Positions 1 to 7,895 are shown, numbered from the stretch's first letter. The stretch is 11,980 bases of DNA from Thermostichus sp. DRC_bins_24 (GCA_039794845.1 JAUQVK010000080.1:1-11980), one strand, 5' to 3'. Numbers and translations: made by a program. Notes: generated by a model not told the origin, from the letters alone.

Positions 1-113
1 CAATCGGGGCGCTTGTAAACCGCCCTGGAGGTTCCTGGTTGTCTTGCGAGATAACTGGAGGGCTGCTGAAAGCCCGCGCTGTACTGCTTAGCGGTCGGAG
101 TCGGGTAGTTTAC
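1..113 (+). mobile_element. Right end of an IS200/IS605-family (tnpB-carrying) element, including the tnpB C-terminal tail and probable omega-RNA scaffold
   Basis: The frame from base 3 reads [37 protein letters not shown], resembling cyanobacterial TnpB C-terminal tails. An imperfect subterminal hairpin lies at 73-105 (CCCG..ACTGC-TTA-GCGGT..CGGG), followed by GTAGTTTAC ending in a TTAC tetranucleotide at 110-113. The rest of the element is outside the window. Confidence 0.7.
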
Positions 114-344
114 ATGGGAGCAGCAACTGGCTCACTCTCTCCCAACCACTCCGATAAAGAAACCGCCCGAGCTTGCAGCCCAAAGACTTCGCAAAAGGAC
201 TCCACCAACACCGGAGCAACCGCTTCCATCGTCACTTGCGGGCAAAATTGCGCCAGGGATCCCACAGGGCGGTCGGGGATCCCACAGGGTACAATCGCCT
301 CAAAAGCCGTCAAGTCTGGGCAAACATTCAAGGCAAAGCCGTGA
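3..344 (+). CDS. tnpB: Partial tnpB-like ORF (5' end outside window); no stop inside the element, reads on antisense into lipB
   Basis: Open frame from base 3 to the TGA at 342-344. Only the first ~37 codons look IS-derived; the rest is lipB antisense. Confidence 0.5.
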   Translation: MGALVNRPGGSWLSCEITGGLLKARAVLLSGRSRVVYMGAATGSLSPNHSDKETARACSPKTSQKDSTNTGATASIVTCGQNCARDPTGRSGIPQGTIASKAVKSGQTFKAKP

Positions 345-865
345 TAGGTCACCCACCGCGAAACCTTGATGCCGATGGCGGCCAATTTGTGGCCCTCCAC
401 CCAAACCCCCGTCAAGCCAGGGATCCGCTCGCCCTTCAGGCCGAAATAAGCCAGGCATTCAATTAACACCTGTTCCAACTGGCGCAAGTACCCATGCAGA
501 TCCGGTTGGTGGCGCTTGAGGTTCAGGAGCGGATAGCCCACCCATTGCCCGGGGCCATGATAAGTAACTTCTCCTCCCCGCTCCACCCGCAAGACTTCTA
601 TCACTTGCTCGGAGGCCGCTTCTTGTTCGCATGAGCGGTGCGGAGCACCGGGGGATCCAATCGGTTGAGCAAGGCCGCTAAGAAACTTGGGGTCGGCTCC
701 GGCCCCCAGGGTATAGACCGCCGGATGGGTGAGCAGCAATAACCCATCGGGCAGTTGGGGATCCCGGATCATCTGAGCCAACCGGGCCTGTTGCCAAGCC
801 CAAGCGGTGCGGTAAGGAATCTCGCCGGGTTGATGCAGCAGCAGATAAGGACGGGTTTGCACCAC
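110..865 (-). CDS. lipB: Lipoyl(octanoyl) transferase LipB
   Basis: Motifs [38 protein letters not shown] and IVPCG. The likely start is GTG at 865 (or 862), preceded by GAGG and just after the TPR gene stop at 879-881. The ORF-track extension to 1135 overlaps the TPR gene. Confidence 0.95.
   Translation of the reverse strand: MVQTRPYLLLHQPGEIPYRTAWAWQQARLAQMIRDPQLPDGLLLLTHPAVYTLGAGADPKFLSGLAQPIGSPGAPHRSCEQEAASEQVIEVLRVERGGEVTYHGPGQWVGYPLLNLKRHQPDLHGYLRQLEQVLIECLAYFGLKGERIPGLTGVWVEGHKLAAIGIKVSRWVTYHGFALNVCPDLTAFEAIVPCGIPDRPVGSLAQFCPQVTMEAVAPVLVESFCEVFGLQARAVSLSEWLGESEPVAAPM
618..648. repeat. Short double-hairpin repeat inside lipB, homologous to the MITE core
   Basis: GCTTCTTGTTCGCATGAGCGGTGCGGAGCAC resembles the reverse complement of 3152-3187 (GCTTCCTTTTCTCGCGCTCTGCGAGGTGCGGAGCAC), with an exact 12-mer GGTGCGGAGCAC. 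Confidence 0.6.
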
Positions 866-878
866 AGGGATCCCTCGG

Positions 879-2558
879 CTAGGGGCCTGTAAAGACAATA
901 TCGAAGGCGATGCTGATGCGGGGCTCAGTCCCAACAAATGGAATGGTGCGATGCCAGAGGTGAGAGGGGAACAACACCAGCAAACCCGGCTGCGGCTGAA
1001 TTTTCTGCACCAAAGGATGGCTTGGCTCTTGGACAAACGGAAAGCGCTCGGGGTAAGTGCCGAACTCCAGCCACCCACTGGGATCCGCAGCGTCAACCCC
1101 CAAAGAGGCGGGCACTTGCACGTAGTACACCCCACTCAGGCTGGCGGAAGGATGCACATGGGGAATTTGGTGCCCCTGGGACTGCATCACCACCGCCCAC
1201 AGATCCCGCACCTGAAACGGCCCTTGAATGCGCTCTCGCCAGGGATGATCGGGAGGCAACTGAGGCAGGATCTGTTCAAGATAAAAGGGCACAGTTGTAG
1301 CAATACGGGATCCCAGGTGGTACAGCGGATGATCTGGGTCGGCGGGGTTGAGAAGGGACTCCGTCCCGCAATCGGCCAACAAGTTGCCGCTGTGGTAACC
1401 CGACCGGGTGGCATTGCGGGTGCGCTCCCAGATCAGGCTGGGGTGGGCCAAGATCATCTCTGCCAAGCGTGGATTGAGACGGGCGGTTTCTTCCGGCTGG
1501 GGACTGGGAAAGGTTTGCACAAAGGTTCGGGGATCCGCCAAATGCAGAGCTTCCGTCCAATGCTGCTGTTCCGCCTGAGCGATGGTTTGCAACGCCAATG
1601 CCAGCGGATGGGCCGGATGAAGTTCCAGAGCCCGTTGACAAGCGGTTGTGGCTGCTTGGGGATCCCCTTTCATCAGCAACAAATTGGCCAAATTCAGCTG
1701 CCCTTCCAAAAAGTAGGGATCCGTAAGCACCGCCCGTTGACAACAGTGCAACCCCTGCTCCAGCTGGCCCAGCTGGCCAAAGGCATCCCCCAAATTGCTC
1801 AGGGCTTCGGCATATCCCGAACGGGCCAAAATCGCCTGTTGGTAACACTGCACCGCCTTTTCCAGTTGCCCTTGCTCTTCGTAGAGGGTGCCCAGGTTGT
1901 TGTGGGCTTCGGCAAGGTTGGGTTTGAGCTGGAGAGCCCGACGATAAGCCCCCTCAGCGGCCGCCTCATCTCCTTTGGCTTTCAGGGCATTGGCTAAGTT
2001 GTTGTAGGCTTCGGCATAGTCAGGTTGCAGTTGAATCGCCTGTTCATAGGCCTGGATCGCTTGCGGCAGGGATCCCATTTCTTTTAACAAAATGCCGAGA
2101 TCGTTGTGGGCTTGGGCCGATTGAGGCTGTAACCGCACCACTTCTTGGTACTCCTGAACCGCCTCTCGGTAAAGCTGAGCAGAACGCAACAACTGGGCGA
2201 AATTCACCCGGGCTTCCAGATGATCGGGATCCAACAGCAGCGCTTGCCGGTAGTGGGGAACCGCTTCCGCCAGGGATCCCTGACTGTGGAGCAAGAAAGC
2301 CAAGTTGTAGTGGGCATCGGCCTCTGCGGGCTGTAGGGTTACCACTTTTTGCAAGTAGGCCAGGGCCTCCTGAGGCTGCCCTTGCTGATGGGCGATCATC
2401 CCCAGGATTTGTAAGGATCCCGGGTGATTGGGCTCCACTGTGAGGATCTCTTGCGCCAACTGGGTTGCTTGCGGAATTTGCCCTTGCTGCCAACGGGCGA
2501 CACACTCGGCAAAGCGACGCTCCAGATCCAGGGGCACTTTTTGGGGAAATGGGGGCAT
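879..2558 (-). CDS. TPR-repeat protein with C-terminal putative 2OG-Fe(II) oxygenase-like domain (TIGR02466/2OG-FeII_Oxy_5-like)
   Basis: About 8-9 TPR repeats ([24 protein letters not shown]). C-terminal [32 protein letters not shown] and RISIAFD. ATG at 2558; the TTG at 2570 is an alternative start. Confidence 0.85.
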   Translation of the reverse strand: MPPFPQKVPLDLERRFAECVARWQQGQIPQATQLAQEILTVEPNHPGSLQILGMIAHQQGQPQEALAYLQKVVTLQPAEADAHYNLAFLLHSQGSLAEAVPHYRQALLLDPDHLEARVNFAQLLRSAQLYREAVQEYQEVVRLQPQSAQAHNDLGILLKEMGSLPQAIQAYEQAIQLQPDYAEAYNNLANALKAKGDEAAAEGAYRRALQLKPNLAEAHNNLGTLYEEQGQLEKAVQCYQQAILARSGYAEALSNLGDAFGQLGQLEQGLHCCQRAVLTDPYFLEGQLNLANLLLMKGDPQAATTACQRALELHPAHPLALALQTIAQAEQQHWTEALHLADPRTFVQTFPSPQPEETARLNPRLAEMILAHPSLIWERTRNATRSGYHSGNLLADCGTESLLNPADPDHPLYHLGSRIATTVPFYLEQILPQLPPDHPWRERIQGPFQVRDLWAVVMQSQGHQIPHVHPSASLSGVYYVQVPASLGVDAADPSGWLEFGTYPERFPFVQEPSHPLVQKIQPQPGLLVLFPSHLWHRTIPFVGTEPRISIAFDIVFTGP

Positions 2559-2628
2559 AAGACTGGGCAAGAACCACCAGCTCAGATCTTAATGCCCTCG
2601 ACCCCGAACTCACATCAGACCAGCATCC

Positions 2629-2961
2629 TTAACCCACGGGCAGGTTAACCCGCGCTTGCAACCGTTCCAGCAAAGCCCGCGGCTGTAACAAACCTTCGAT
2701 CCGGTCGATCGGCTGCCCATCCTTGAACAGAATCAGGGTCGGCAGGGCTTGGATCCCCCAGCGGGCGGCAATGTTCGGGTACTTTTCGGTATCCACCTTA
2801 ATAAACGAAACCGCATCCCCCACTTGAGGCTTCACTTGCTCCAACACATTGGCCATCAGCCGACAGGGGCCACACCAAGAGGCATAAAAATCCACCAAAA
2901 TCGGAGTTTGGGATCCCCGAACCATATCATCAAAACTCTTGAACTGTTGCTTGTGAGCCAT
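2629..2961 (-). CDS. Thioredoxin, probably y-type (TrxQ-like)
   Basis: WCGPC active site. The N-terminal KQQFKSFDDM and the KVDTEKYP and ALPTLILFK segments resemble y-type thioredoxins. Confidence 0.93.
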   Translation of the reverse strand: MAHKQQFKSFDDMVRGSQTPILVDFYASWCGPCRLMANVLEQVKPQVGDAVSFIKVDTEKYPNIAARWGIQALPTLILFKDGQPIDRIEGLLQPRALLERLQARVNLPVG

Positions 2962-3008
2962 AGAACCCTCCGAGGCCAGTCGAGTAAAAAGAGAAAAAGT
3001 TTGGGTGC

Positions 3009-3024
3009 AACCTATTTATAGGTT
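3009..3024. promoter_or_regulatory. Perfect 7-2-7 palindrome upstream of the thioredoxin gene; candidate transcription-factor site
   Basis: AACCTAT-TT-ATAGGTT, about 50 bp upstream of the thioredoxin ATG in an AT-rich stretch. Confidence 0.35.
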
Positions 3025-3063
3025 AACTATTTAACGAGGAGATTTAACAGTTGGGAATTCCGT

Positions 3064-3224
3064 TACAGCCCTTTACGCCCGGGGCACACCGGCGTGTCCG
3101 CCGGTCACGCGTAACAACTGTGGGAGTTAGGATCCGCTCTCTAGAAGGCTAGTGCTCCGCACCTCGCAGAGCGCGAGAAAAGGAAGCACAATCCCTGCTC
3201 TAGCAAACCCGCCCAAGGGCTGTA
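3064..3224. mobile_element. MITE-like element, copy 1 (157 bp plus flanking TA dinucleotides)
   Basis: TA-CAGCCCTT ... AAGGGCTG-TA terminal inverted repeat. Collinear with the reverse complement of 11321-11456 in three blocks (20/24, 16/17 and 16/18 identical). Confidence 0.8.
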
Positions 3225-3364
3225 CTGCCGGTTTCAGTTTCCCGGTAGGATGTCTAGGGTTTGCAGAGGTGTAGTTGTAGTCTAGGTCGCCCCCTTCCGG
3301 AGTGAGGCAGACTTTACCGGGGTTTAACGATTCGGCTTAACGATTCTGAAGGAGTGGGATCCCA

Positions 3365-4630
3365 ATGGCAAAAGGCAGTAGCAGCATGGTGAACCGAGGG
3401 GTATTGGGGTTGGTGCTGGCCGGGGCTGGGCTGAGTCTTTGGGGGGCAGGGCGTTGGGCCTGGGATCCCACCCAAGCTTGGGCAGGGCTGACTCAACTGA
3501 TTGCGGGGCTGCTGTTGATCCTGGGTACCTTGCTCTACTGGCTGAAAACCCGGCCTGCCGATCAACTGTGGGTGGAGCCGCTGCAGTGGACCCTAGCCCG
3601 AGAAACCCCGCAGCAGTGGCGCATTCGAGCGGAATTTGTCGCCCGCAACCTCAACCCCCTTCTGGAGGTGACCCTTGCTCAAGTCAATCCGCGGCTGCAT
3701 CTGCTCAGTGCCGGCTCTTTGGAAGGGATCCACAGCCTGATGCGCTTGCGCTCTCGCCATGAGGATCTACCCCCCCGCCACGACAACTATTGGCAAGCCT
3801 ATATCCTCAGCCCCCAAGGCCAGACCGGTCTGGAACTGGAGATCGAGCTGACAGGGGAAGGGCTTTCCGATTTGCGCTCCGCCTGGATCGAGCTGGACTA
3901 CATCCAGTACGGGCGGCAACAACGCACCCTCAAAACCAGCCATTTGATCCTGCCGCTCCAGGAAGTGGATCCCCTGCCGGAGCTGAACTGGCAAAAACAA
4001 GAGCACCTCAGCTGGGCGCCTATTCCCACTCATTTGCTCACCCCCAGCGATGAGTGGCCGGCGGTGATCGAGCGCTACATTCGCCCCCATGCCCAACCGG
4101 GAGACATTGTCGCCATTTCCGAAACAGCTGCAGCAATTGTACAAGGCCATTTCCGCCATCCTCTCCAGGTAGAACCCGGTTTTTTAGCCCGCACCCTATG
4201 CTACTTTTTCCCCTCCAAAACCAGCCTTTCCAGCCGCTATGGGTTGCAAACCCTGATCGATTGTTCTGGCCCTTGGCGGGTGTTGTGGGCTTTTGGGATC
4301 GGATCTTTGGCCAAGCTGTTGCGGATCCCGGGGGTGTTTTATGCCTTGGCGGGAGACCAAGCCGCTCTCATTGACGATGTCACCGGAACATTGCCTCCGT
4401 ACGATCAATTTATTGTCTTGGGGCCTAAGGATCCCGCTCACTTGGTACAGCAGATTAAAACCCAGACGGGCTATGAAATCGCTATTGTCGATGCCAACGA
4501 CCTGGGAGAAGTGAAGATCTTGGCTGCTACCTCCGGAGTCAAGGGATCCCTGGTGGAACAGGCGCTCAAGAAAAATCCGGCAGGAAACTCTGCTGAACAA
4601 ACGCCCGTTGTGCTCATTCGCGCTCAGTGA
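3365..4630 (+). CDS. Membrane-anchored CofE / F420-0:gamma-glutamyl ligase-like protein
   Basis: Two N-terminal hydrophobic helices. C-terminal THLL..VAISET, IDDVTGTLPPYD, IAIVDANDLG and NPAGN..EQTP match the conserved cyanobacterial F420-ligase-like family. GAAGGAG lies upstream of the ATG. Confidence 0.8.
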   Translation: MAKGSSSMVNRGVLGLVLAGAGLSLWGAGRWAWDPTQAWAGLTQLIAGLLLILGTLLYWLKTRPADQLWVEPLQWTLARETPQQWRIRAEFVARNLNPLLEVTLAQVNPRLHLLSAGSLEGIHSLMRLRSRHEDLPPRHDNYWQAYILSPQGQTGLELEIELTGEGLSDLRSAWIELDYIQYGRQQRTLKTSHLILPLQEVDPLPELNWQKQEHLSWAPIPTHLLTPSDEWPAVIERYIRPHAQPGDIVAISETAAAIVQGHFRHPLQVEPGFLARTLCYFFPSKTSLSSRYGLQTLIDCSGPWRVLWAFGIGSLAKLLRIPGVFYALAGDQAALIDDVTGTLPPYDQFIVLGPKDPAHLVQQIKTQTGYEIAIVDANDLGEVKILAATSGVKGSLVEQALKKNPAGNSAEQTPVVLIRAQ

Positions 4631-6419
4631 AGGTTGTGGCTTTGAGCTCGTGCGCTTCTAAGGCTTGCATCGCCTGATGGGTGGACAAGAATAGGTGATC
4701 GGTTCCAATTTTCTCCACAAAATGAATCGCCTTAAGCCGATCCATCACCGGCCCTTTCACCTCCGCCATGTGAAACTGTACCCCCGCTTGCCAGAGCTTC
4801 TCCATTAGCCGCAGCAAAGATTCCAAGGCACTGCCATCGATAAAATTGACCGCGCTACAAATCAACAGCACGTGCTGCACCTCGGGCCGTTCCGCCACCT
4901 GTCTGAGCAAATACTCCTCCAAATAAGCGGCATTGGCAAAAAACAAACTTTCATCCACCCGTACCGCCAAAATCCGGGGATCCGTGAGCACCTCATGGCG
5001 GAGTACATTGCGATAGTGCTCTGTGCCCGGCACCCGTCCGACGATGGCAATATGGGGGCGGCTACTGCGCCAGAGAAACAACGCAATGGAGGCAATCACC
5101 CCCAGCCCGATCCCCGGCTCGATCCCGACCAGCAAAACGCTGGCAAAGGTTACCACCCACACCCCGGCATCCCCCCGGTCGTAGTGCCAACTGTGCAGCA
5201 ACGGGCGAAAATCCACCAACCCCAGCACTGCCACCAAAATGGTTGCCGCTAGGGTGGTTTGGGGCAAAAAGAAAAACAGCGGCATCAGCAGCAACACCGT
5301 CAGGGCGATCAACCCCGCCGTAATCAAAGAAGCCAAGCCAGAATTGGCCCCCGCTTGAAAATTCACCACCGAGCGGCTGATCCCCCCTGTCACCGGGTAG
5401 CCCCCCGTCAACGCAGCAGCCAGATTGGCCGCCCCCAACCCCAGCAAATCCTGGTCGGGATCCACCTTCTGGCGTTTTTTGCTGGCCAAGGACTGCCCCA
5501 CGGCGTAGCTCTCGGTAAAACCCACCAAGCTAATGGCCAAAGCCGTGGGCAACAGGGATCCCCATTGCTCCGGGCTCAGCCAAGGAAAGGTCAGGGGTGG
5601 CAACCCCGCCGGAATGGCTCCCACCACCGCCACCCCGGAGCCCTGCGACAGACCCAACCCCCACACCAGCAAGGTGGTTAGGATCACCACCCCCAAGGGG
5701 GCCCCTTTACTGAGGGGCAACACCCAAGCCTGGGGGATCCCCCACCGACGCAACTGAGCCGGCCATTTTTGTTGGGCATAAAGGAGCAGGGCAATCGCCA
5801 ACAGCCCCAAGCCAAACGTGACCCCATTCACCCCCTCCAGACTGAGCCACAACTGTTGCAGCAGGCGGATCAAGGACTCCGTGTTGGGGATCCGTACCCC
5901 CAACAGGTGCTTGAGCTGGCTAAAAGCAATGATCAAGGCCGCCGCACTGGTAAAGGCAGAAATCACCGAGTGGCTGAGGAAATTTACCAAAAACCCCAGC
6001 CGCAGCACCCCCATCCCCGCCTGGATCAACCCCACCCAGAGGGCAATCCCTAAGGCCAACTGCCCGTACTCCGGGCTACCCGGTTCTGCCAAGGGTTCCA
6101 ACCCCGCCGCCACCAGCAAGGACACGATCGCCACCGGCCCCACCGATAACACCCGGCTGGATCCCAGCAGGGCATAAACGGCCAGGGGCAAGATGCTGGC
6201 ATACAACCCCGTCTGGGGAGGCAACCCGGCCAACAGGGCATAGGCCATGCTCTGGGGCACCAACATAATGGCTGCGATCACCCCGGCAATCACATCCCCC
6301 GGCAAATCCGCAGGAGAGTAGTGCCACAACCACTCGGTAAAAGGCAAGTAACGGTGCAGGATCCGGGAATCGGTGGATGGAGAAGGGGGATCCTGCACCC
6401 TAGGGATCCCTTGGCTCAT
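4614..6419 (-). CDS. SulP/SLC26 family anion (sulfate) transporter with STAS domain
   Basis: GDVIAG, PQSMAYALLAGLPP..GLY, GGYPVTGGISRS and STAS motifs (LFFANA, VNFIDGSAL). The ATG at 6419 overlaps the rhodanese TGA as ATGA, indicating translational coupling. Confidence 0.95.
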   Translation of the reverse strand: MSQGIPRVQDPPSPSTDSRILHRYLPFTEWLWHYSPADLPGDVIAGVIAAIMLVPQSMAYALLAGLPPQTGLYASILPLAVYALLGSSRVLSVGPVAIVSLLVAAGLEPLAEPGSPEYGQLALGIALWVGLIQAGMGVLRLGFLVNFLSHSVISAFTSAAALIIAFSQLKHLLGVRIPNTESLIRLLQQLWLSLEGVNGVTFGLGLLAIALLLYAQQKWPAQLRRWGIPQAWVLPLSKGAPLGVVILTTLLVWGLGLSQGSGVAVVGAIPAGLPPLTFPWLSPEQWGSLLPTALAISLVGFTESYAVGQSLASKKRQKVDPDQDLLGLGAANLAAALTGGYPVTGGISRSVVNFQAGANSGLASLITAGLIALTVLLLMPLFFFLPQTTLAATILVAVLGLVDFRPLLHSWHYDRGDAGVWVVTFASVLLVGIEPGIGLGVIASIALFLWRSSRPHIAIVGRVPGTEHYRNVLRHEVLTDPRILAVRVDESLFFANAAYLEEYLLRQVAERPEVQHVLLICSAVNFIDGSALESLLRLMEKLWQAGVQFHMAEVKGPVMDRLKAIHFVEKIGTDHLFLSTHQAMQALEAHELKATTFTERE

Positions 6420-6994
6420 AGAGACTGGCCTCGATTCCAGGGCATCCGCGCCAACAACAGGGCCATGCCACAGGTGTTGGTGACGCCGGCGAACACCAGA
6501 CCCGACCCGACAAAGCCACTCAACAACAGCCACCAAGGGCTGACGAAGGCCCCCAAGAGTGTGCCCAGCACCACCAGGGATCCGGCAGCAATCTGCACCT
6601 GACGCATCAGAGAAATGGGGGCATTTGGGGTACGGGTCACCGGCAATCGCGCCGCTTTCCAAGCCTCAATTCCCCCTTTGAGGTTGAGCACCTCCGGCCA
6701 GCCCCTTTCCAAGAGCTGACAACTGGCCCGGATCGAGCGGCTGCCCATGCGGCACTGCATCACCACCGGCTGTTCGGGCGTAGAGGCGGGTACCTGCGCC
6801 GGGTCAAATTGGGATAAGGGCATATTGATCGCCCCCGGGATCCGTTCCTCAGCATATTCCGAGGGTTCTCGTACATCGATCAGCTGAACTCGCCCCTGAT
6901 CCAGCCATTGCTTCAACGTCAGGACATCAATTTCCTTAAGACGGGGATCCCGATCCTGTTGGGATTGGGGTTGAGGGTTTTGTGCGAGGGTCAT
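6416..6994 (-). CDS. Rhodanese-domain sulfurtransferase with C-terminal DUF2892 membrane domain (YgaP-like)
   Basis: LIDVREPSEY, active-site CRMGSRS, LKGGIEAW, then RQVQIAAG..GLVFAGVTNTCGMALLLARMPWN. AGGAG ribosome-binding site upstream. Confidence 0.92.
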   Translation of the reverse strand: MTLAQNPQPQSQQDRDPRLKEIDVLTLKQWLDQGRVQLIDVREPSEYAEERIPGAINMPLSQFDPAQVPASTPEQPVVMQCRMGSRSIRASCQLLERGWPEVLNLKGGIEAWKAARLPVTRTPNAPISLMRQVQIAAGSLVVLGTLLGAFVSPWWLLLSGFVGSGLVFAGVTNTCGMALLLARMPWNRGQSL

Positions 6995-7057
6995 GATGTT
7001 CTCCTAGATTTTGTGAAAGGTTAAGGTTGGGTTGAGAGTGAAGGGGAAAAACTTGGC

Positions 7058-7522
7058 TTACGCCTCCTCTTGCAGTAAATCGCTGGGTTCGCCGGGATAA
7101 AACTGCTCATCCAGAATCTGCTCTAACGCATAGGGACACTCCCTTGGGAAGACTTTCTTGGGGAGGTTAGTCTCGTTACTCACAAGTTCAGATGCTTTTA
7201 AGTAGCTTCGCTCTAGGGTCTCTTGCAAATGAGCTTTTAGACTTGGGTTATCTAATAGCAAGTCGGCAACTTCAATCCGCTGAATCCGTAAAGTTGAAAA
7301 CCAACTTCGAGATCGGCATTCCGGCTGATATTCCCACTTCAGCAGATGTCCAATCAAAATAGAAAATCGATTCCGCAGTTCCTGCCGCTGCTGCTTACCC
7401 AAAGATTCGATCTCCTCAATCAAATTGGGCAAATCTAACTGATTCCAGGCCTGATCCCGCAGAAGCTGGGCCTGCTCCTGTGTCCAAGCATAGAAATCGG
7501 TGTCGTAGGCCGTTTTTGCCAT
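7058..7522 (-). CDS. DUF29 family protein
   Basis: YDTDFYAW..QAQLLR, LDLPNLIEEIESLG, HLLKWEYQP, RSW, NPSLK and FP.ECPY are DUF29 hallmarks. Confidence 0.92.
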   Translation of the reverse strand: MAKTAYDTDFYAWTQEQAQLLRDQAWNQLDLPNLIEEIESLGKQQRQELRNRFSILIGHLLKWEYQPECRSRSWFSTLRIQRIEVADLLLDNPSLKAHLQETLERSYLKASELVSNETNLPKKVFPRECPYALEQILDEQFYPGEPSDLLQEEA

Positions 7523-7526
7523 ATCC

Positions 7527-7895
7527 TTAGTCCATAAAGTTGCTAAGAAAGATTAACTGATCTTGCACATCCTCGGGAGAGTAAAGCTCTTGAATCAGGA
7601 GGATTCCCTTAAGCAACTCTCCAACTGAGTACTGTTGCTGCTTAACCAAAATCAAGCCTGCATGATGCTTCCCTGCCTGAAGCCATTGGCTATGAAGTCT
7701 ACAGAAGTCGGCAATGTTTGAGGAGTACAGCACCCGGCCTTCTTGAGTTGCCCAAGCAAGCTGTTCATTACCGGAACATGCCAGTTGATCCACATCCTTA
7801 GCAGTGACCACATCCACCTGTTGCTGCCATAAAGCAGTGACTAGAGATTGGCTCATTGAGTCTTCATCAATGTAAGAAGGATCATGATTTGGCAT
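7527..7895 (-). CDS. DUF5615 PIN-like (VapC45-like) toxin, possibly damaged at the N-terminus
   Basis: YIDED, RVLYSSN..DF and HAGLI motifs, directly downstream of DUF433. The coupled ATG at 7885 is out of frame by one base (see findings). Confidence 0.75.
   Translation of the reverse strand: MPNHDPSYIDEDSMSQSLVTALWQQQVDVVTAKDVDQLACSGNEQLAWATQEGRVLYSSNIADFCRLHSQWLQAGKHHAGLILVKQQQYSVGELLKGILLIQELYSPEDVQDQLIFLSNFMD

Noticed and set aside
866..1135. N-terminal extension of lipB in the ORF track
   Set aside because: It overlaps the TPR/oxygenase gene in another frame. LipB similarity starts near the GTG at 865, which has a ribosome-binding site.
951..1997. 348-aa plus-strand ORF and other antisense or shadow ORFs
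   Set aside because: They lie opposite or within well-supported genes in GC-rich DNA and show no recognisable motifs.
3064..3224. Retron msr-msd, riboswitch, tracrRNA or bridge-RNA reading of the inverted-repeat element
   Set aside because: No reverse transcriptase, Cas or IS110 gene is nearby. The TA flanks and frame-restoring excision of the second copy fit a MITE better.
3225..3248. Possible Yfr1/Yfr2 small RNA near the thioredoxin gene (minus-strand loop GAAACTGAAA)
   Set aside because: There is no ACTCCTCACAC Yfr1 motif, only a loose likeness to the Yfr2 GGAAAC repeat, and the stem pairs better on the opposite strand.
6420..6662. N-terminal extension of SulP
   Set aside because: It overlaps the rhodanese gene. 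The ATGA-coupled start at 6419 is more plausible.
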